From: Chiloscyllium plagiosum
Taxonomy: Eukaryota
DNA: 20,000 nt
Direction: 5' to 3'
NCBI RefSeq assembly: GCF_004010195.1
Contig: NC_057718.1
Coordinates: forward strand, 30,880,854 to 30,900,853
The notes beneath the pieces were generated by a model, which had not been told where the DNA came from, did no database searches, and saw only the letters and a program-made list of their open reading frames with translations. This document shows, piece by piece, positions 1-10,196 of this stretch. The translations under genes were made by a program, and so were the position numbers. How positions within the stretch are numbered: position 1 is the stretch's first letter; every line of letters begins with the position of its first letter.

Positions 1-1177
1 GGACTTCATCAAAAGACTTCTTGAAGTCCACATAAACAAAATCCATAGATATTCCCCTACCCATTCAAAAAATTCATTGAGGCTTGTCAGACATAACATA
101 TTGTTGTGAATCCATATTTATTTTCCTTCATAACTGAAAATGTTCAAGGTATTGTTACCCTATCTTTGATTATAAACTCCAAGAATTTCCCACCACAGCT
201 AAGTGGTAGTAATTCCCTAGTTTTCCTTTTTCAATCTTTTTAGGAAGCAGAGTGACAGGTGCAATTTTCCAATCCAGAGGGACTTCTGTCCTGTATCTAG
301 GAATTCTGAAAGAATATATTTGGGGCATTCACAATGTTCTCTCCTATTTCCTGTAACACCCTTGGATGGAAACTGTCAGGTCCTGAGGAATTGTCACTCT
401 TTAATTCCATTAACTTACTCATCCGGTATTTTTCTTAAGTTAACTTTGCTCAGGTAATTTCTCTGATCAATTCTAATTTCCTCAAGATTTCCAGCAAGCT
501 CTCCTTCTTTTCTACTGTAAATACTGTAGTAAAATAATTATTCAACATAACATCGTAGAATTTTACAGTACAGGAGGAGGTCATTCAGCCCATCATTTCT
601 GCCATTCACCTATAGTCATTGACAGTATCCTCACTTTCAGTCTATATTGGGGCAACATTAGCAGGCTTCTGACCACCTGTTTTCTCTTTACGTCACTATA
701 AAATTTCTTCTGATTGATTTAATGTCCCTGGAAAGCTTCCTCTCATAATCCACTCAGTCGTGGATATTTGCCTCTGAGGGTATAAACTAGTTTTGTATTG
801 TGTTAAATGTTTCTTTAAACATCCTCCACTTTTCTTTAGTAGTTTTACTGTAAACAATCAGTCTCATTTTGTTAAATTCAGCCTGACCTTACTCTAAAAC
901 TCTAGCAGTTTTTCACTTTCAAACATTACATTGAACTTAATTTTGTTATGATTATCCTTTGATATATATTCACACACAATTAAATTATTAATTAAATATA
1001 GCTCATTCTTTATCACTAAATCCAGTTTTGCTTGTCCCCAATCGTATCTAGGACATATTGCTATAATAAATTATCCTGGACACACTCCAGAAATTCACAA
1101 TCTTTCTGACAGGTGCTTGTCTGACCCCTCCAATCTATGTTAAAGTTAAAATTGCAAATTAATACTACTCTAGCTTT
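1..1177 (-). mobile_element. Degraded CR1-clade LINE ORF2 (endonuclease C-terminus to RT), running off the window start
   Basis: Minus-strand translation gives DFVYVDFKKSFDEV (1-44; RT DvvYlDFqKAFDkV motif), EVPLDWKIAPV (~255-290), SSGPDSFHPRVL (~354-389; CR1 SPGPDGIHPRVL) and NFNFNIDW...EFLECVQDNLL (1061-1165; APE endonuclease end). Frames are broken by stops and frameshifts. Confidence 0.85.
551..594 (-). repeat. Short CR1/HE1-type 3' tail fragment inserted in the older CR1
   Basis: catcgtagaattttacagtacaggaggaggtcattcagcccatc resembles the tail at 1178-1220 (catagaatccctacagtgtggaagcaagctattcggcccatc). Confidence 0.55.
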
Positions 1178-1510
1178 CATAGAATCCCTACAGTGTGGAA
1201 GCAAGCTATTCGGCCCATCGAGTCTGCACCAACCCTCCGAAGGGCATCCTACCCAGACCCACCTCCCTGCCCAATCCCTGCAACCTTGCATTTCCCATGG
1301 CTAACCCACCTAGCCTGCACATTCCTGGAACTAGCGCAATTCAGCTTGGCCAATCCACCTAATATGCACATCTTTGGAATGTGGGAGGAAATTGGAGCAC
1401 TTAAAGGAAACCCTGGGAGAATGTACAAACTCCTCACGGTCACCCAAGGCTGGAATCAAACCCAGTTCCCTAACACTAAGGCAGCGGTGCTAACCACTGA
1501 GCCACTGTGC
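1178..1510 (-). mobile_element. HE1-like tRNA-derived V-SINE, near full length
   Basis: The minus strand begins GCACAGTGGCTCAGTGGTTAGCACC (Pol III A-box head) with a B-box-like GGGTTTGATTCC. A V-domain-like core follows, then a CR1-type tail ending GGGATTCTATG. It is homologous to 10410-10680. Confidence 0.88.
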
Positions 1511-1590
1511 AACACATTTGCTTAATTTCTGCATTTATATAATCTAGCACTTCAGAGCTTCTAACAGGAGATTTGTACACAAAATCTACT
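1511..1590 (-). mobile_element. Continuation of the 1-1177 CR1 endonuclease domain, split by the HE1 SINE
   Basis: The minus strand reads DFVYKSPVRSSEVLDYINAEIKQMC, matching the endonuclease GvvYRPP region. It lies immediately N-terminal to the ARVVLICNFNF segment on the other side of the SINE. Confidence 0.7.
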
Positions 1591-2280
1591 ATAAGTTTAG
1601 ATTACGCCCACTACTTCCCCTTTTAGCTATCCTACTTGTTCCCTCCCTAAAGAATTGTAGTAAACTTGTCTTGCATGATTGCCTCTTCATGAAGCGATGC
1701 TGACTTTGCTTGGTTATGTTATGAATTTCTAAATGCTCTGCTATTATATCCTTAAAAGTAGACCTTAAAAGTGTGAGCCTCTTCACACTCTTGTATTTTG
1801 GAATGCTAGTAGTGCTGTCTACCATGAAGACTGATGCAAAGTATTTATTCAACTTCTCTGCCATTTCCTAGCTCCAGATTGTTATTTCTCTGGCCTTGTT
1901 CTCTAAGGGACCAATGTTCACTGTTGCCTCTCACTCTTCCCTTGTAAAATTTTGGAAAAGCTCTTATTGTCCATATTTATGTTACTTATTAGTTTTGCCT
2001 GGCCTCTTTGACAGTACTCCCTGTTTTGGTTTTGATTTTCTAGTCAACTTTTGTTGGCTTTTAAAATTTTCCCAATCTTCAATTACCAATAATCTTTGCC
2101 ATATAGTAGGTTTTCCTTTCAATTCTTAATTTTTTTCGGTTAAAGCTGGTTGGTTTATTCCTCTTCCTAGAATCCTCCTTCCTCACTGGGATATAAATTG
2201 GTTTGAGTCATCAACATTTTTTTAAAACATTTGCCCTTGTTCATCAGTCTTTTCTGCTGAAATCCTTTCCCAGACTGACT
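1591..2280 (-). mobile_element. Second degraded CR1 ORF2 fragment (linker plus RT start, internally deleted)
   Basis: ORF 1589-1864 contains MAEKLNKYFASVF and IIAEHLEIHNITKQSQHRFMKRQSCKTSLLQFF, matching the CR1 motifs aeiLNeyFaSVF and SQHGFmkgrSClTnLleFF. Confidence 0.8.
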
Positions 2281-2284
2281 CATT

Positions 2285-3370
2285 TGCTGACTTCATTACA
2301 GCCTGGGTTTAAACATGGATGAAAGTGTTGGATGGATGAAAGTGACTGCCCTTGATAGCAATGAAGCGTTGACAGAGTAGAATCAAAGGTCTCAAGAAAA
2401 ATTTAAATCAAAGGTAATCGTGTCTGAAGATCTCAACTGGCTTCAGCGATACATACACAACGAAAGGTAGATTTGACTATCGGTGGGCAACTGCTTTCAC
2501 CGCACCTTATTTCTGCAGGTAATGTCCTAGGCCCAACCATCTTCAAGGAAGGCATCCTTGCAAGAGGACAACCATCTTCAGCTAATTCATTAAGGATTTT
2601 CCTTCCAGTATAAAAAGGTAGAAGTGAGTTGTTTGTTGATGATTGAACAAAGTTCAATGCCATTCATGACTCCTCTGATACTTGACCAGTCCGGTGGCAA
2701 GTAACATTTATGTGGTATTAACACCAAGCAATTACCATCTCCAACAAAGAAAGAGAATCTATCTCCCCTAGATGTCTGATGGCATTGTCATTGCTAAACT
2801 CCCCACCATTAACATCCTGTGTTTTAACATGGGTAATGCAACACCTGACTTCCCAAAGTCTATCCACCATCTACAAGGTGCAAACTAGGACAGTGATGGA
2901 ATACTTTCCATTTGCCTGAATGAGTCCAGCTGCAACAACACTTAAGATGCTCGACACCACCAAGGACAAAACAGATTGCTTGTTCAAACCACATCCACTC
3001 CCTTAAATGTTTTCCCCTTCACCATTTATGCATAATAGCAGCAACTTGTACCATTCACAAGATGCACAAGAACAACTGCCTGCAGATATTTCAATACCTC
3101 TTTCCAAACCTGCAACCTTAACAATGTAGAAGGACTGGGTAAGTTTCTTGTCATGTCGCTCAACATCCTGATTGGAACTATAGTGCCACTACTTCACTTG
3201 GTCAAAATCCTGGAACTTTCTTCAAAACAATGCTGCAGGTGTACCTACACCAAATGGACTGAAGTGATTCAAGAAGGTGGCTCGCCCCCACCTTCTCAAG
3301 GCTAATTAGGAATGAACAGTAAATGTTGGCTTTTCAATGACATTCATATCCTGGAAATGAATAAGAAAAC
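2285..3370 (+). mobile_element. 3' ~1.1 kb of a degraded non-LTR retrotransposon (shark CR1/Jockey-group LINE), RT through 3' end
   Basis: RT remnants include gtgactgcccttgat (VTALD), GNVLGPTIF (~2518-2544) and STIYKVQTRTVMEY (~2861-2905). The 3' end (caccttctcaaggctaattaggaatg...aatgaataagaaaa) resembles 8260-8300 and the reverse complement of 4893-4930. Confidence 0.75.
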
Positions 3371-3399
3371 AACACCAATCATCACAATCTCAGAAAATT

Positions 3400-3715
3400 T
3401 CTGCTGGAGTTTCTGTAGAAGTATCCTTGGACCAGCTATCTTCAGCTGCTTTATCAGTGACCATTTCTGCAAAATAAAATCAAAACTAATACAGTGCACT
3501 GACAATTCAATGGTGTTCAGCCATATTCACATCTCCTCAAAAATTGAAGCAGCACATTCTGTCTACAGTAAAACAAGATAATATCTGTCTTTTGAATAAT
3601 AAAGGTGAAATACCATTGGCAAAAATTAATGTCAGATCCTGAATATCCTAAGCAAGAGAAAGTCAAGATGACCGCCTTTCACCTTTGGTGAAAGCACTAT
3701 TGCGGTTTCTCCCGC
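3400..3715 (+). mobile_element. Older RT fragment of the same LINE group as 2285-3370
   Basis: ORF 3312-3581 contains RSILGPAIFSCFISDH and CTDNSMVF, corresponding to RT motifs QGSVLGPTIFSCFIND and FADD. Confidence 0.65.
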
Positions 3716-3861
3716 GTGTGTGTTTTCCTTCAAACCTAAAGTGATCTATAGATGGCATTCAATATCCACCAATCTGATCTGACTCAAAAAGAGTTTTGTC
3801 GAGTAAACATTAGGAAATTTCAAATTAGTCATTTGGTAGTACAAATATTACCTGTAGCCGA

Positions 3862-4310
3862 TAAAAAAAACATTGTTTGAAGACTTTCATCTTGTAATCA
3901 TCAAAGTAAAGGGAAAACAACATTTATACTGTAAGAGAGAAGAATGCTGATTGGTCAGCAAGCAGAATTTGACAGCTAGAGGCATTATCATGGAGGATAA
4001 CTGTTAATTATCATTAAATAGTTTAACTATCTAGCTTTGGTTAAAGTTTCAACAAGACAGATTAGCTCTAGTCAAGACATTGCCCTCAGACCTAAACTAG
4101 AGAATGGATGTCATTATCTTTGCATTGAAAACAGCAGTGTGTGTACATCTTTCAATTTGCAAAGAATGCTTTGTGCACATAGGTGCACTATGTTGCAAGC
4201 CTGACTGGCAAAACGAAGTTGGTTGTCAGCAGAACTCTTTACATACTTAGAACTGTGTAACAAATATTGTCCAGTTGTGGAATCACGCATCATGTTGGAT
4301 ACTGTTGTGA
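3862..4310 (-). mobile_element. Ancient Penelope-like element 3' end (GIY-YIG C-terminal remnant plus pseudo-LTR)
   Basis: The minus strand from ~4290 reads DSTTGQYLLHSSKYVKSSADNQLRFASQACNIVHL, resembling the PLE GIY-YIG SAIGQHL...F.I...A motif. A terminal region follows, with a decayed TTGATGA...GAAA motif at ~3878-3904. Confidence 0.6.
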
Positions 4311-4329
4311 ACTTTGATTAATCATAGTC

Positions 4330-4520
4330 TATCTTTCCTGTTTAAAAGTTAAATAAAACTTGATAGTTAACTGCCAGTCAACATTAATTGATACATTCTA
4401 ATTGCAATGCCTCTACCAGAGACTACTTGCTAAATATTGTTTACCCTTTATTATGGTATTTCTTGCAAATTGTCCTGACAAGGGCAAAACAAAAAGTTTA
4501 TGCAAAATGTGTCATTTTTC
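4330..4520 (+). repeat. Inverted (plus-strand) pseudo-LTR copy of the same ancient PLE family
   Basis: cctgtttaaaagttaaataaaacttgatagttaact...aatgcctctacc aligns to the reverse complement of 3975-4060 (cttgttgaaactttaaccaaagctagatagttaaact...aatgcctctagc). Confidence 0.6.
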
Positions 4521-4892
4521 ACTCATATTCAAATTACTGCAATTATTAAGAAATAATATGAATAATACCTACAGAGACTGTTGGGAGCACACTAACCTGA
4601 GATCTGTCTCCGGCAAATCCCTTCTTTACTCTGACAAATCACCATGACATAATTGGTGAATATTGCTCACTGCACTCAATCAAGTATTAGCCCTGTCAGG
4701 CCTTTTTTACAGCATGTCCCCAAGTTATTTTCCTCGAAGTTATTATATTATTTATCACTTTTTAAATAAAGCTATATTTACAACTACACCATTGCCACCC
4801 GTGTTTGAACTTACAAATTTAGACAATCTGGATACTTCACTATCCTGCTCGGCCATGTTTTCTTCAGTCTTCATAGAGTGGTAGTTTGTTAC

Positions 4893-4935
4893 ACCAGCAT
4901 TTATTGCCCATCCATAATTGTCTGAAGAAAATGAT
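4893..4935 (-). repeat. Short LINE/SINE 3' tail fragment
   Basis: The reverse complement of accagcatttattgcccatccataattg resembles the LINE end at 3303-3330 (taattaggaatgaacagtaaatgttggc). Confidence 0.45.
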
Positions 4936-5420
4936 TAGGAGCCATTCCTCTACTGACAGCTTACAAAGCTGAAAAAGATCCATTGTCCCTTTTCTGTTTC
5001 CTATAAGCTATATAATTCTTTATTCATGCTCATATCCTAAAGCACTGAAGTTTTATTTTGGATAGCAACTTGTCCTTGTAGCTTTTAAGCACGTGAACTA
5101 CCTCAATTAGATGCCAGCTTATTTAAATTCGCCCATCCATGACTGTATTTATAAATTGGAATGAAGCAAATTTGCTGAAAAGTGGGGAATTATGTGTCCC
5201 TGGGAGGGAGGTAATCCGAGGAAAGTGTGTGCTTTACCCTTTTTCTTCCCTGCTCAGGTTCTCTTTTTTTTAAACCTTTGTTGTGCTGTGGTCAGAGTTG
5301 CTGAAGGATAAGAGGCAGGTTTGTTTCTAGGAGAAAGTGAGGACTGCAGATGCTGGAGATCAGAGCTTAAAAATGTGTTGCTGAAAAAGTGCAGCCGGTC
5401 AGGGCAGCATCAAAGAAACA

Positions 5421-5460
5421 GGAGAATCGACTTTTCGGGCATAAGCCCTTCTTCAGGAAT
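5421..5460 (-). ncRNA. Minimal type I hammerhead ribozyme motif in the PLE terminus
   Basis: Minus strand: ATTC-CTGAAGA-A-GGGC-TTAT-GCCC-GAAA-A-GTC-GATTCTCC, i.e. CUGANGA box, 4-bp stem II, GAAA box and GUC cleavage triplet. Confidence 0.7.
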
Positions 5461-5549
5461 GAGGAGGGTATGCCAAGCAGGCTAAGATAAAAGGTAGGGA
5501 GGAGGCACTTGGGGGAGGGGCGTTGGGAATACGATAGGTGGAAGGAGGT

Positions 5550-6294
5550 NNNNNNNNNNNNNNNNNNNNNNNNNNNNNNNNNNNNNNNNNNNNNNNNNNN
5601 NNNNNNNNNNNNNNNNNNNNNNNNNNNNNNNNNNNNNNNNNNNNNNNNNNNNNNNNNNNNNNNNNNNNNNNNNNNNNNNNNNNNNNNNNNNNNNNNNNNN
5701 NNNNNNNNNNNNNNNNNNNNNNNNNNNNNNNNNNNNNNNNNNNNNNNNNNNNNNNNNNNNNNNNNNNNNNNNNNNNNNNNNNNNNNNNNNNNNNNNNNNN
5801 NNNNNNNNNNNNNNNNNNNNNNNNNNNNNNNNNNNNNNNNNNNNNNNNNNNNNNNNNNNNNNNNNNNNNNNNNNNNNNNNNNNNNNNNNNNNNNNNNNNN
5901 NNNNNNNNNNNNNNNNNNNNNNNNNNNNNNNNNNNNNNNNNNNNNNNNNNNNNNNNNNNNNNNNNNNNNNNNNNNNNNNNNNNNNNNNNNNNNNNNNNNN
6001 NNNNNNNNNNNNNNNNNNNNNNNNNNNNNNNNNNNNNNNNNNNNNNNNNNNNNNNNNNNNNNNNNNNNNNNNNNNNNNNNNNNNNNNNNNNNNNNNNNNN
6101 NNNNNNNNNNNNNNNNNNNNNNNNNNNNNNNNNNNNNNNNNNNNNNNNNNNNNNNNNNNNNNNNNNNNNNNNNNNNNNNNNNNNNNNNNNNNNNNNNNNN
6201 NNNNNNNNNNNNNNNNNNNNNNNNNNNNNNNNNNNNNNNNNNNNNNNNNNNNNNNNNNNNNNNNNNNNNNNNNNNNNNNNNNNNNNNNNNNNNN
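5550..6294. other. Assembly gap (745 N)
   Basis: Run of N characters. Confidence 1.
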
Positions 6295-6664
6295 GGGGCA
6301 GGGTGGGAGGAGGTGTAATCTAGGTAGCTGCGGGAATCAGTCGGTTTATAGTAAACGTCCGTGTTGAGTCGGTCGTCCGAGATAGAAATGGAGAGGTCTA
6401 GGAAGGGGACAGAGGAGTCTGAGACGGTCCAGGTAAATTTGAGGTCGAGGTGGAAGGTGTTAATAAAGTGGATGAACTGTTCAACCTCCTCGTGGGAGCA
6501 CGAGGTAGCGCCGATACAGTCATCGATGTAGCGGAGGAAAAGGTGGGGGTTGGTGCCAATGTAGCTGCGGAAGATGGACTGTTCCACATATCCAATGAAG
6601 AGGCAGGCATTGCTGGGGCCCATGCGGGTCCCCATAGCTACTCCTTTGGTTTGGAGGAAGTGGG
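6295..6664 (-). pseudogene. Penelope-type reverse transcriptase fragment (RT motifs B'-E and start of thumb)
   Basis: Open frame HFLQTKGVAMGTRMGPSNACLF...FLRYIDDCIG...LKFT...VPFLDL...YYKPTDSRSYLDYTSSHP, carrying the PLE-diagnostic GxxMG, RYIDD, FLD and YxKPT...SxHP motifs. It is 5'-truncated at the TSD. Confidence 0.92.
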
Positions 6665-8084
6665 AGGTTTGTTTCTAGAAGCTTCTCCAGCCAGTCTGAA
6701 AGTTGTCTTTGCTTTCTCAAAGGTTACTTTGATTTTGCTCTTTTGTCTTATTTTGTCAGTCAGTATTCACATTCTATTTTTCAATCCATTATTCATTTGA
6801 CAGTTCTGCACTAGATGAGACGTGAAAGGCACTAAATAAAAATATATCAAAAAAAGAACCAACTATCATAAGTCAGTGCATTATCTGCTGACAGTGTCCT
6901 TAACTGGACTGCCGACAAAACTAATGACCAATATATCTATCTTGATCTGTACATTTATCCATCTGTATTTGTTTCAAACCAGATTCTGCCATTCTGAAAG
7001 CTCACAAAGTTATCGATTCATTTCATTTGATAGAAGTCACAATAGAAGAAACTGGTTTGTTAATATGGATGATGGGTTGTTTTAAAGCTAAGTCACAGCC
7101 TGGGGTTACACGCTTGTGTGGAATGGAGGAGACAGATAGAGTAGCTTCTGAATCTCTCATATCCTGACAAGTTGCAACCCGAAAGGCTACACTTAGCCCA
7201 TTAAAGATTTGCACAGTGACATTTCAATGCAGCTGCAGCAATGTGCATCACCTTGCCATTTACCATTTGTAAGGCATCAATTTAGTGAAGGGCGGCTGTT
7301 CAGAAGAAGGAATAAAATAAAAATGAATTTCATTCATGGAGGTGAGCTCAGCTTGGCGCATCCATTGCTGATAAATGCAGTTCCTTGAATGTCAGCAAAT
7401 GTCATTTGAGAAGCCATTTGCAGCTGCCATAATAGCTCCAATAACCCACAAAGAGAAGGAAAACTGAGAATAGAGACTGGGTGTACACTCTTCCACATGA
7501 ATAAGCAATCAGTCTCTGTAGATAGTAGACACGAAAGTTGTTAAACTTGATTACTGTCAGATGGAGCTGTTTATGCTACATTGACACACACCTTTCTTCC
7601 AAAAAAAATCAACGAACTCATGATTAATTAGATAATGCTTTAGGAAGTGGTAGCAGACTATGTTTAAAGCAATAGGAATAAAAGTTTCAAAGCTGCTAAG
7701 TTGCACAATTTTGTTTATTTTTAATTCTGTCTCAGCATCTTGTCGTACGCCAAGCCTTACTTTTCTATTTTATTTAAATTGTGAAATTATATAGCATTTT
7801 ACACTTCAAATTACAGCTTTAAAATGAGTTAGTTCAATGTTTTATATACCATAGTAAGTATTTTAAATGAATTTAAAGTTTTCATAATAAATGTCACCTG
7901 TTAACTCCAAACTTCTCAGTTTCTCTTTGTTGGAAGAATAGGGAGATGCAAATGAAATGGCTGAAGTCAATGTTCAAACTATTTTCTCTGCTAATCTCAC
8001 CAAATTATCTTTAGGAACTATGCACCTTAAACTTAATGTTCTAATTTAACATTCAGTTAAGGCATAAAAGTTGAAGAAAATGTT

Positions 8085-8300
8085 AGTATTAGCCATGGTG
8101 ACCATATAACTGCTGGATTTCTATAAAAAGCCATCTGACTCACCAATGTTCTTCAGAGAAGTAAATCTGCCACATGACCTGTGTGTGACTCCAGATTTAT
8201 AGCAACATAGTTAACTCTTAACTGCCCTCCAAAATGACTTAGTACGTCATTCAGTTAAAGACAGCCAGGGATGAGCAAAAAATGTTAGTCTCGTCAGCAG
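8085..8300 (+). mobile_element. 3' part of a shark tRNA-SINE (same family as 10197-10409) with a LINE-derived tail
   Basis: taaaaagccatctgactcaccaatgttcttcagagaagtaaatctg matches 10365-10410 taaaagcctacctagttcaccattactcttttgggaaggaaatttg. The tail cagggatgagcaaaaaatgttag resembles the LINE end at ~3305-3330. Confidence 0.7.
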
Positions 8301-8532
8301 TATGGTGTGAAAGTTAGAAGTTGTGCTTTTTTCCATTCAGGTACCTTGGAACTGTAACCTTGGCAGTGCAGTGCAGCCATTATTTGCTCTCATAGTCACA
8401 GCCACCAACTCAGTTGCTGGCACTGCACATACATTAGCGCAGTGGCATTCACTTGTGTTCTGCACTTCTCTTTCCTGTGGCCCACACACCAACTCTCTCC
8501 ATTGGCAGCTTGATCTTTACTGTCCACCTCTA

Positions 8533-9038
8533 TGTCATGGGTCATGCTGTCAAGAGGAACCCTTGGTTTTCCATTAGCTACCCCCGATTTGTCATTATGG
8601 TTTAATGCACAAGATACAACAAGATGAAGGTGTCAAGTCAGAATGCTGGGCATTTATCTGCATGGTACACTGGAGATGATCTTTAACTGCAATTGTATGT
8701 TGCAATACACCTCAGAGCTTCCACATGATGGTTACAAAGGGGCATACCTGCAACCCATTGACTCTTTACATGCAGAGGCCTGCAGTGCTCATGAAAGCTA
8801 ACCCTCTCTGGCAAGAAAATATAAAATGTATTCAGTTCTTCTGGTATACAGAGCCTCCGGATCTGCCTTAGATAAAAGTTGATGGAAAACTGCAAGATGT
8901 TAAAAATGATACCTGCCCCAAATTGGAAGCAGCCAGACTTATCAAAGGTTGTGCCAATAATCACTTTCACAACCATTGGCCATGCCATTCCTATTCAATT
9001 CTGAAGCTGCAGTTGTGAATAGAACAGCTGTCACAGGC
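8533..9038 (-). pseudogene. Fossil PIF/Harbinger (HARBI1-like DDE) transposase fragment
   Basis: Ordered minus-strand motifs: AWPMVVKVIIGTTFDKSGCFQFGAGIIFNILQFSINFYLRQI (Harbinger alpxxxkvxxaLxFyasGsFQxxxGdxxgisQ), VAGMP (iaGfP), TMQINAQH..DTFIL (~8620-8670; arypGsxhDxxIl) and G*LMENQGFLLTA*PMT (8533-8583; gwLlGDxGYplxxwLmtP). Confidence 0.7.
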
Positions 9039-9820
9039 AAATGGGTTATAATGTGAGAAAATGTGAAGATGTTCATTTTAGAAGGGAGACCAAAAGAAGA
9101 GAATATTATTTAAGTGCAGAGAAACTACAAAAAGCTGCAATGCAAAGGGACTTGGAAGTACTTGTACATGGAACACAGACAGCTACACACAGATGCAGCT
9201 GGTAATTAGGAGGACTAAAGGAATGTTGGGCCTTATTTCAAGAGGGTTTCAGTACAAGAGTCTGAAAGTCTTACTTTACCTATACAAGGTTTTGGTGCAA
9301 ACACATCTGGAGTACAATGAGCAGTTTTGGTCCCCTTATTGAGGGAAACATACATCTTCCTTGGAGGCAGTTCAGAGAAGATTCTCTATGATGATCTCCA
9401 TATGGAGAGATTGGCTTATGAGCAAAAATTAAGCAGCATGGAACTGTATTCACTACAGTTTAGAAGACTGAGAGATGATCTCATTGAACTATAAATGATT
9501 CTTAAGGGGCTTGACAGGGTACATGTAAGAGAATGTTTCCCCTCATAGTCTCAGAATAACAGGGTGTCAATTTAAGACTTAGATAGGGAGGAATTCCTTC
9601 TGTCAGATGGGTTTGCGTCTTTGGAACTCCTCACCACAGTTGTAGAGGTAGAGTCCTTGTGTATATTTGAAATTGAAATAGACAGATTCTTGATCAGTAG
9701 GGGTAAGGGTGGGAAAGTGCACATGAGGAATACCAGATGAGTCATGATACTATTGAATGGGAAGCAGGCTGGAGGAGCCAATCAGCATATTCCTGTATCT
9801 ACTTCCTATGGTCTTATGGT
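9039..9820 (+). mobile_element. 5'-truncated CR1 LINE 3' end
   Basis: Contains MGYNVRKCEDVHF, QRDLEVLVH, LYKVLVQTHLEYNEQFWSP and LQFRRLRDDLIELY-like CR1 ORF2 C-terminal motifs. It ends in the tandem tail cctatggtcttatggtc. Confidence 0.88.
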
Positions 9821-10196
9821 CCTGCGGAACGTCAGTTTTAAAGCTACAATTTTAAAAACTGGGCCCTAAATGGCTGCAATTTGCAGTCTACCATCGTGTG
9901 TTATTGAAATTATATTGACAAGTTTTATAAAAGTGATGATGAAATTAATTGGAGCACATTGAAACTTTTGCTAAAGATTAAAGTAATTAAGGAAGATTTG
10001 CTGAGTCATTGTAGTGCTTGTAGGAATGCATTTACAAAATTATTTCAAATAATCCTTTTATTTTTTAAATAGCATCATGCTAGGTTGGAACTTAAGTGTA
10101 AGAAGTTTGAAATTGGCAAAAAAACAAATAATTTTTGAAAGCGAAATGGCAGGACATCAGTTTTCACCATTCTTAATACAAATATTAATGAACTAG

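Larger units (their letters stand above)
5331..6664 (-). mobile_element. 5'-truncated Penelope-like (Poseidon-type) retrotransposon, relatively young, with a 14-bp TSD
   Basis: An RT fragment lies at 6295-6664 and the terminal repeat at 5331-5470 is shared with 10782-10915 and 16913-17059. A perfect direct repeat AGGTTTGTTTCTAG flanks it at 5317-5330 and 6665-6678. The middle is an N gap. Confidence 0.9.

Noticed and set aside
1455..1510. tRNA gene (also 10412-10475 and 10916-10975)
   Set aside because: The A/B-box sequences are SINE heads followed by SINE bodies, and no complete cloverleaf is evident.
1193..1525. 110-aa ORF as a protein-coding gene
   Set aside because: It is the antisense reading of an HE1-like SINE.
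5367..6635. 422-aa ORF (and overlapping 261/269-aa plus-strand ORFs)
   Set aside because: The length is an artefact of translating through 745 N. Only the PLE RT part at 6295-6664 is real coding-derived sequence.
8683..8988. Functional HARBI1 gene exon
   Set aside because: Catalytic motifs are degraded or missing, with in-frame stops and frameshifts in adjacent segments.
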